Shown: positions 52,101 to 61,100 of the stretch, one piece after another
How the letters are laid out: every line of letters begins with the position of its first letter
How positions within the stretch are numbered: the stretch's first letter is position 1
NCBI GenBank assembly: GCA_040954595.2
Contig: CM082597.2
Location: forward strand, 2,478,449-2,542,448
From: Balanoglossus misakiensis
Taxonomy: Eukaryota; Animalia; Hemichordata
Reading direction: 5' to 3'
DNA length: 64,000 nt
Position numbers and translations under genes: made by a program
Notes under the pieces: model-generated
Database searches by the model: none
Seen by the model: the letters and a program-made list of their open reading frames with translations, nothing else
Told to the model about the DNA's origin: nothing

Positions 52101-55100
52101 CCTGCCAACATACATTCAACATTATATCTATACAAAGTATACTATGAATATGTTACCATTAATGGTGAAGATTTTAGAGGATAGGGAATATTTTTGAAGT
52201 ATTTTATTGTGGAAAAAAATACGTGAAATTTGGCAGCTCTAGAGGCTTTAATGCAACAACTGTATGTATCCACATACCGTCAATTCCGGCTTACGCCATG
52301 GACAGCTTCTCTCGCTGTAGTACTCGGGATTGTTCTCGAAAAGGGTTTTGCAAATGACATCAGCTTGTAGCGGGTACGTCAGCATAGTCTGCCAGTCACC
52401 AGGAATCGGTGCGTTATCAAAACATGTGATGTATGGTTTGCTGTGAGCAATCAGATTAGAGAATATTACCAACAGTTTAAAGGAAGGCCTGAAGACAATT
52501 ATCAGAGTTTCGGTGTACAATTGTTTATTTTTTATTGCGGTTTTGCTACGTCAAATTTGAATCAACGTGGTTCTGATACTGGTTCCTCGTACGTCAGCAG
52601 AAATTGGTTGTATTGTCATTCTGTGTTCAGTTGTTTATTTTCATTGCCGTTTTGCTTTGTCAAATTTGAATCAACGTGGTTGTCTGATACTGGTTCCTCC
52701 TACGTCAGCAGAAAATGGTTGTATTGTCATTCACGTGAACTGGGGAGTTTCAGCTTGGAGGCCGTGAACGGTTTTAAAGCCTCCAGGCAGAACCTCGCAG
52801 TTCACACAAATCATCTTGTCCGAACCACAGCACCAGTGGCACTTAATCCAAAGACATACAATGCATGATCATAACATACTGTAAAACACTTTATTTTCGC
52901 GAGCAATAAATTTTCGCTAAATACGCGAGAGCCAAAATAGCGTGAAAATAACAAGTCGGGTAAATTTTGTTTGAAGGAAACGATGCAGTGAATGAAATAA
53001 GAGAACGCGAAAATTAATACTCGCGACACAGTGGCCTCTCTCGATATCGCGAAAATTTTAACTCGCGAAAATAAAGTGTTTTACAGTAGTAGTTGTATGT
53101 TGAAACAAAGATTATGCAGAAAGGGTGGGGGCGGTATACTTAAGCATTACAAATAATTATTGCCTAGGCTACAAGCGATATCGTATGGTGATACATGTTT
53201 CAATGCACTTGACACACACCAGCAAATACCAAGAGGAGGAAATTGTCCTAGAACGCTTACTTCACGTAATCGAGAAGATCCTTCCTGTTGCATTCAGTGA
53301 AATACACCCTGTCAGCGTTTAACATTATCCCTTTCTTTGTTTTGGAAGCAGAGTCCAGGCCATGACAGTTGGGATCCAGTTGATCATAGTACATCCCAAG
53401 CCTACAAGAACAAAGCAATTGCTTGAGGGGTTTGTTTCGTATAATGTATTTTAACCAAGCGAAAAGACATCTACAGTATACCAGTGTTAAACACATTTAT
53501 GAATACTTTACTACAAGCTATTGGTAATACTATTAATTTGTTTTAGCAGTACTGATATCATAAACAGTCTTACCTAAGTTTTAAAATGTTAAACAGCTTA
53601 AATAGAAGTTGTCAGATCAGCCTCGATAGTTTATATAATTGTGACACTTGAAATAAAACTCGCGGTACAGTACGAACTGTTTCATGTTTTTATTCAACAC
53701 TAAATTGTTTGCTATTTATCACGCAAGAAGGTGGGCAGGGAAAACTTCAAGACATGGGCTTTGTGTTTTCTGTTTTTTTTGAGGCTCAAAAAATCTTAGC
53801 ATCAGTTTTCTCTCTTCTTCAAAGTATATGAACAAAACTATGATGATTGTACTCACATCAGACCAATTTCGTGTGCAATAGTACCTCTTGCCCCCTCAAA
53901 CGAGGAGAGTTTTACCACAGAGCATGGTTCAGTATTGCATGATTGGAAGTTGCTGAGTCCGGTGTCGTCTCTTGTGTCAACAACTGATGACCTAAATTTA
54001 ATTAATAAGCATGTGAATTAATTGTTAGTGTTCAGAGTGGCCAAGGGGTGAGGCATGCACACACACATTACACCAGGACGGCTGAAACCAACTGACCTGG
54101 TTTCATTCACTTCACCCATTTATATAGCAACACACAGGTGTCCGGCCTTTACCAGGTGTAACGGTATGACCATGCAAATACACTAGCATATGCAAATGCA
54201 TACAGTGTACAATGCAAATTTTCACAGGTGTTACACAAATACAGGTCACTTCAACAATGTTCATGCAGAAAAATCCAACAGATAATATAGTAGCATATTT
54301 TACACAAATTCGCAATGTGTCATATCAAATTAGAATTTGGTAATGTATTTTTAATTTAATATATTAAATAGTTTTACATGGTTATAACTTGCACATTCCC
54401 TGCCAGTAATTATACCTACACACACACAAATACACACACTGTATACATACCCACTTAGAAGAATAGCAGCATCGTAATGGTCTGGGTTTTGATCATTATC
54501 ATCCCAGAATTTCGGTTCCCATTTGGTTTTGTACGCCATGTAAATATCACTGATGTCAGCCCACCTCTGAACTTTGTATGCATCCTGTCAATCAATTGCA
54601 AAAACCCAGGTTTCACTGATTCAACTTTTACTGAGAAAATTCACTTTATTATAAGTTTGCAAAATTTATCATTCACAAAAATACTGCTAACAAGACGATT
54701 GAAGTAGTTATAACTGCTATTACAAGACATATCTTACCTCTAAAATCGGTTCCTCAAGGATTTGTACATTGATCACGTGCAGAATAACATGAATACCATA
54801 CTGATAGAGAGACTCGTGAAGGTAAATTGCTTGCACCTGGAACCAGCATCACAGAGAAGAAAATGTTTAGTAACTGGGGTGACTTTTGGTTGACAAATGT
54901 CACTTTCAAACAATTTCACCTTTCTGAAACTCAATATGATTAGTGAGAAAAAATTATATTCTTCCAGTGCAGTGTGAATGTGGTCTTTTAGACAAATGGT
55001 ACAATCAGGACTTTTAATCAAACGGAATACAATCATCGAACAATTAGAGTAGTTTTTCTCACATTGTTGATCAATGTTACAGCAAGCATAGCAGCATCAT

Positions 55101-58100
55101 CGCCATATTCCTTGTATACATCATAATTCACTGTCAACATCAATTCCACATGTATTTCACGTCTTCTGTCTGTTTCTGGCTTCCTTCGTTTGCGCAGGCG
55201 TCGCTGTCTTCTCGCTTTGGTGAACCTCTGGTTCATTCTAGCGTGAGTATGTCTGGTCGGCCTGAGAGCTTTTGGCGGTCCTGCTTCTTGGACATCTGAT
55301 AAGAAAGGAAGATTACCAAAAGTGCTGATTTAACGTTGGGGAAAAGGAATACCGGAGCATACAGAAAATAGTCTTTTATTTGAATTAAAACTGGCATGTC
55401 AGTTTCTTCTAATATGGATTGTTTGTCTATAAACTTCTCACAAAGTTAAAGCAAATCTGTCTTAAAATGATGGTACAGAAACCAACATGTGTCAGTACTT
55501 TGTTATGATTAGTTGAGACCTCTTTGCCATAATAGAACTTGCAACGACCAAACCTCACCTTCTACACGGAATATGTCGATCAAAAGTGGATGATCTTCTT
55601 CTGGATTCTCAACCAACATGTACGTCCCCCTAAATTCCCTCGAATTACTCTCCACTGGGAGTACATTATACCGCATATCATCAAAGAATAATGATCCTCC
55701 CTAGTAAGAGAGAGAGAGATAAAATCATAAAATTATGTTTAAGTTTTGTTCAGCACATTCAAATAGTGGACTGCCTTCGCTTATTTCCATATTTCATGTG
55801 CACTGTATAAGTAGACTTTTGTTATGTCCTTTCACCCAATTTTCTCTCTTTTCCCACTTGATGATTACATTATAAAATTATCACACATACCATGCTTCCA
55901 CAAGGACTCACTGCTGCTCGGCCATGAGATTCTTTGACCTTGGCTATGCCACATCTTCTGGTGACCGGTCCCATGAAGTGGCAGTTTTTGGGCTTGATAA
56001 ACTCAGAGGTGAAATTGTCCTCGCCCTTGAAATGCACTATTTTCGCACTTGGTACGATCAGCTCTGTAGGTAAAAAGGGTGATCATGATCTTCAATTTTC
56101 GCTATTTACGGAACTGGAAAAGGTTAAACCCTATTAACTTACATTTCATATTCTCTTCATATCACTTCCTGGGCAGTAATTCATGGGCATAAAAAACACA
56201 GTTTTGCTTGGAGAAACATACCTATATTCTCCGTCAGATTGAAGTAAAAATCACAGCCAAATGCCTTCATGAGACAATCCTTCTGGATACCGGAGCCATA
56301 GGTCTCGCACTCGGGATAAACGTAGTCATACTTGTTCGCTGTGCATAAAAAAAACACATCAAAATCGGAAAATAAAACGTGTGTTACCGTACATAACTTG
56401 AGCAATACTGTTTAATATTGACTTCCAAATGTCAATGTTTGTTTTCAATTGTCTGACATTTAACAATTTACACCTCTTTTCACTTTTCATTTGCTCTCCC
56501 AGATAATATCCTACCATAACACAGAAACGTCATCTGCCTACCTTCTTTGCTTCGATAAATACCATAATAATATTTCCCAATTTCTCCAGCATTGTCGCCA
56601 CTGTCCGCACTGCTGCCTCCTGTACCACTGGATTCGCTGTCCACGCTGTCACCAACTGAAGGATCTGATTCTTCTGTGACACTCTGTTCCAGAAAGAAAA
56701 ACAGTAAAGGGACATTCCCTGTAAATTTTGGCTTTATTTCCAATATTTTTTTCTTTGTAACAAGAAGCTGCAGTGTTCAATTGTTAAATAAATATTTTTT
56801 GTGCAGACTTCATACTCACACGTATTGATCTCTTCTTTGTAGTAGCCACTGAAATAAAGGCGATAAATAAATTAAGTTGATTTGAATCAGAAAATATGAC
56901 CTTTCAGAATACAGCTGTTGCAAACTTTTTTCGTAATAAACTTTACACTGATAATGAATATACTTCAATTAACAAATAATAAAAGAATCATATATACTTC
57001 AATATGATCATGCCTACCATCGCAAAACGTTCCTGTCCAACCAGTGTTGCATGAGCATTCACATCCAATTGCGTGTTGTGTTACAACTCCGTTAACACAC
57101 CAACTAGTTTGACTTACACATTCTGTGATAAATGTTCAAAAGAAAACGATGTTTCAATCTAAAACATGTAACAATATTTTATTCAAAATGACGTGTGTAC
57201 TCGTACGTATATATCAGGCAACATTTCAGGAACACTCGTCTCTAGTCTCCTATATATCTGCATTGTAATCATTGATTACCTTGGAGAGAAATACACAGAA
57301 TGGCGTATGTTTATTTTATTAAAAATACAATTACAGTTTTCTTCTTGTGTTTAGCACACTGCACAAATATAGTCTTACCAAATTCACACAGACTCAGGCT
57401 ATTTGCAAATCTACATGGTCTTGGTTGCCATTGGTATTCACGATCAGTCCTGTAGAAGATATAAATGACACTGTGAAAGGCTAAATATAAATGTTGAGTA
57501 TTTAATGTTTCCTCGAACAGCAAAGAATAGAGACAATTTATCTGGAACATCATTTGGTACAACGGACTATAATATGCATTAGTATATACACATATCAAAG
57601 GCTATTCTATAACTACGATATACACCAAAGTTGATAAACAAATCCTTCTTACCTGACTGCTGCACAAGTATCATTAATCTCAACATCCCACAGCCAATTG
57701 AAATATTCTTGAGGTCCATAATCATTGACCCACACCATATCTTCCTTTTGCAATCCAATGTATATCCTTGCGTTAGACGGGGTTTGGGTCTGAAGGAAGC
57801 TTTCGATAGCCGCCTGTGTGCCTTTGTTTGTTGAGGGCGCCAGTCTGCCATTCAGAGCCAAACACTCTCCTGGAGCATCTGAACCTTTGACTATGTTTGG
57901 ATTGAGCCAGTACATGATGTCGCTGCGAACTGAGATCAAATAAAAAGCCATGTGTCACAACAGTTAAAAGGCTGTGACAGGCCTTATGTTCAAAAAGAAT
58001 GCAAAACCTGTCTTTCTTGAAGAATAAACAGCATAAACATAGACACATTTACTCTTGCCTGCTATTCCCTGTTGGACAATATCACCTTTTTCATTAAACC

Positions 58101-61100
58101 CTGGAAACACAAATTATCACGTATGAGACTTAGCAGCAAACAATGTTCACTCCCAACTCTGGAAAGTTGACAAACTGAGCTAATGTATATCTGACAGATT
58201 AAACGGCAACATTATAACTAAATCAAACAGGGTTTACCTTCACAGAACTCTCCTGTCCATCCAGTGTTACATGTGCAAACACACCCTTCAGTCGGATCTG
58301 TCTCGATTACTCCGTTAACACACCATGTAGCAGACGGACTGCAATCTATATATGAAAATTAATATCGTAATTTTATTCTTAAATGATTTAAAAATAATTA
58401 ACATTTTAAGACACAAGTATATATATCGGAAGAACAATTTTCCAGCTGTATGTTGCATTTCCAAAGGACTTTGAAAGAAAAAGTATCAAACTGTTTTATG
58501 AGCCTAGTGCGGCAAAGTGGCAATACTCACCAAACTCACACAGATGTTTTCTGCCAGTTGTGCCACAGTTTATCATCGACCACTCCCACTCAGCACCGGC
58601 CAAGCTAAACAGAGTTAGGATAATTCAAATATTAGTTTCCCAAATGCTTGGTACATGCATTGTGACAATATTGGCGAGAAATGAGATACCGCAATTCGCG
58701 TTACTGCGAATATTCTTTTCAAAGGAACATCACATGTTCAATTGTTTTAACTTTATTGACAACACTAGGTTTCTTTCCTGTACACGACCACAATCTACTT
58801 TCTGTTGAGATTCATATAGCATTTATTTCATACCTTATGTAGGCGCATTCTTTCCCGATGTTTGTCGAATGACCGATGTTCGAATGCCAGTTTGTGTATC
58901 CACTTTGTTGCGTATCATTACCATACATCCAGACATTATTCACCTTGTGAATACCAAACATCACGTCTGTCGCTGACGTCGTCCCAAGGTGAGAGATAAC
59001 ATTCTGTTCCGCCTGCTGACTCAGTATTCGGGCTAGTCGTCCACCATTTTCGCTGCATGCAGCTACGGAATCGGTGTAGTCGATGGCGTCGGGTGACAGG
59101 CGATAGCGCACGGTGGGTTCAGGTGCAGGCTCTGTTGGTGAGGAACACATGGCATTAAATCAAGCAAATGAAGCCAGCAATACATGGCACCTTTCATTAT
59201 CATTACATCAAGTCCATTCTGTGGAGTTTCAGAAAACATGAATTAACAGGTGGTGTTAAGCATGCAAGCAATTAATTCACTGCTTTGCAGAATACAAAAC
59301 TTCATTAGAATACATACCTAGACAAAACTGTCCCTGCCAGCCAGTGTGACATACACAAGAACATGTACCAAGTTCGCTGTCAATGACTACGTCACCATTT
59401 GTACACCAGGAAGCGCCAGCAATACAATCTATTAACAAATCATTCCAAATTTTACAATTCAAAGATTTAAAAGTGAACATTAAGTTTTTGGGCATACCCA
59501 CCCATGAAAACGATTATCTGACATTACAAAGTATTTTTATACCAATTAAAATCAGCGAATGGCCTTGTTTGAGAACGTAAAATGTTCTGTAACAGAACTG
59601 TACAAAACCTTTACTCACCAAATTCACAAACATGTGCATTTCCCCAGTATTTGGCACAGTCCTCTGTCACCCACATGTAATTATCTGTTACTCTGCAGAA
59701 AAAAAACATCATTGTAAAAAAATCAATCTTTTGGCAATTAAGTGCATGTCCACCACTAGTGCGTGAATGTTTTGCACAAAGTTTAGGGTTTTTATCTTCT
59801 CAAACATTCGCAATCCAATGGGTAATGAGAGATTACCTGATGAAAAAGTGGGACAAGGCCAATAGGATACTGGTAATACACATAAGCAGGTAATTAGACA
59901 GTGTAACAATCAAAGTCTTCCTCATAATATGATTTAGTTTTGCATTTTCATTTATTACTATTGTTTGCTGTAATTTGTCTTCTTGCATCTCTTGGTTCCT
60001 TTCAATTCCTTGGCCAACATCAAACAGTAAAACTTACTCTAATGCTGAGCAGTCATATAGAGCAAGAGGTTCACCATCTGTCCAATTAGTGTACTGAGTT
60101 GGGATGTTGTTCTGGTAATATACCCAAGCTCCATCTACCCTAATGATACCGATGATGACGTCTCCCGAAGCCGGATTGGCGCCCACTCCTTCAAGGTAGG
60201 CCTGGGCACGCGCTTGGGCGTTGGCACTGTCCACGTTCAGAAGTCTTCCTCCGTACATTTCGCAGTTTTCCTTGGCCTCATTCCAGGCGAAGATCGCCTG
60301 TGGCATCCAGAGAGCCTTGGCAGTTATTGGAACTGGAAGTGAACATTATTGAAAAGTTAAGTTGAAAAGTCTGGTATTGAAAAGTTAAGTTGAAAAGTCT
60401 GGTATTGAAAAGTTAAGTTGAAAAGTCTGGTATTGAAAAGTTAAGTTGAAAAGTCTGGTATTGAAAAGTTAAGTTGAAAAGTCTGGTGAACATTATTGAA
60501 AGTTCGGTGAACATTATTGAAAAGTTAAGTTAACATTATTGAAAAGTTCAGTAAACATTATTGAAAAGTACAGACATGTTAGTTCACATTCAGGGATATA
60601 AAAAAGAGGTCTATGTATCTTAAAGAGACATAAGCTGTAACTTTTGGCTGTAATTCCAGTATTTTTGTTCTGTGTACCAAATGAAATTTCTTGTTCTACT
60701 CCAAACAATATGCTAAAAACCTTCTACAATTCCTGAACAGAAAACCATAAATACACCTACCATCACAAAACTCGCCTGTCCACGCATAGCTACAGTCACA
60801 TCTGCATCCTGTGCTCAGCATCTGCACAGTACCATGTGCGCACCAAGAAGTAATCGTTGTGCAATCTGTATTGTGATGAGAATCATAGAAGTATATGTTC
60901 GTAACATGTACATGCCAAGTTCATCAACTCTGAACAGCCAATACGGTGAATTATACACTGGTTGACAATGTACAAAGTGGCAAAACACCCCCACATATCC
61001 ATTCATGATACTTACCAAGTTCGCAAACACTCAATCTGTTTGCCCAAGAACAAGGTACAGCTTGCCAACCATACTCGCGGTCACTTCTGTTAAAGAAAAT

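Noticed and set aside
60347-60570. CRISPR-like array (28-bp repeats)
   Set aside because: Units are head-to-tail with no unique spacers, there are no cas genes, and the context is a eukaryotic intron. It is a minisatellite.
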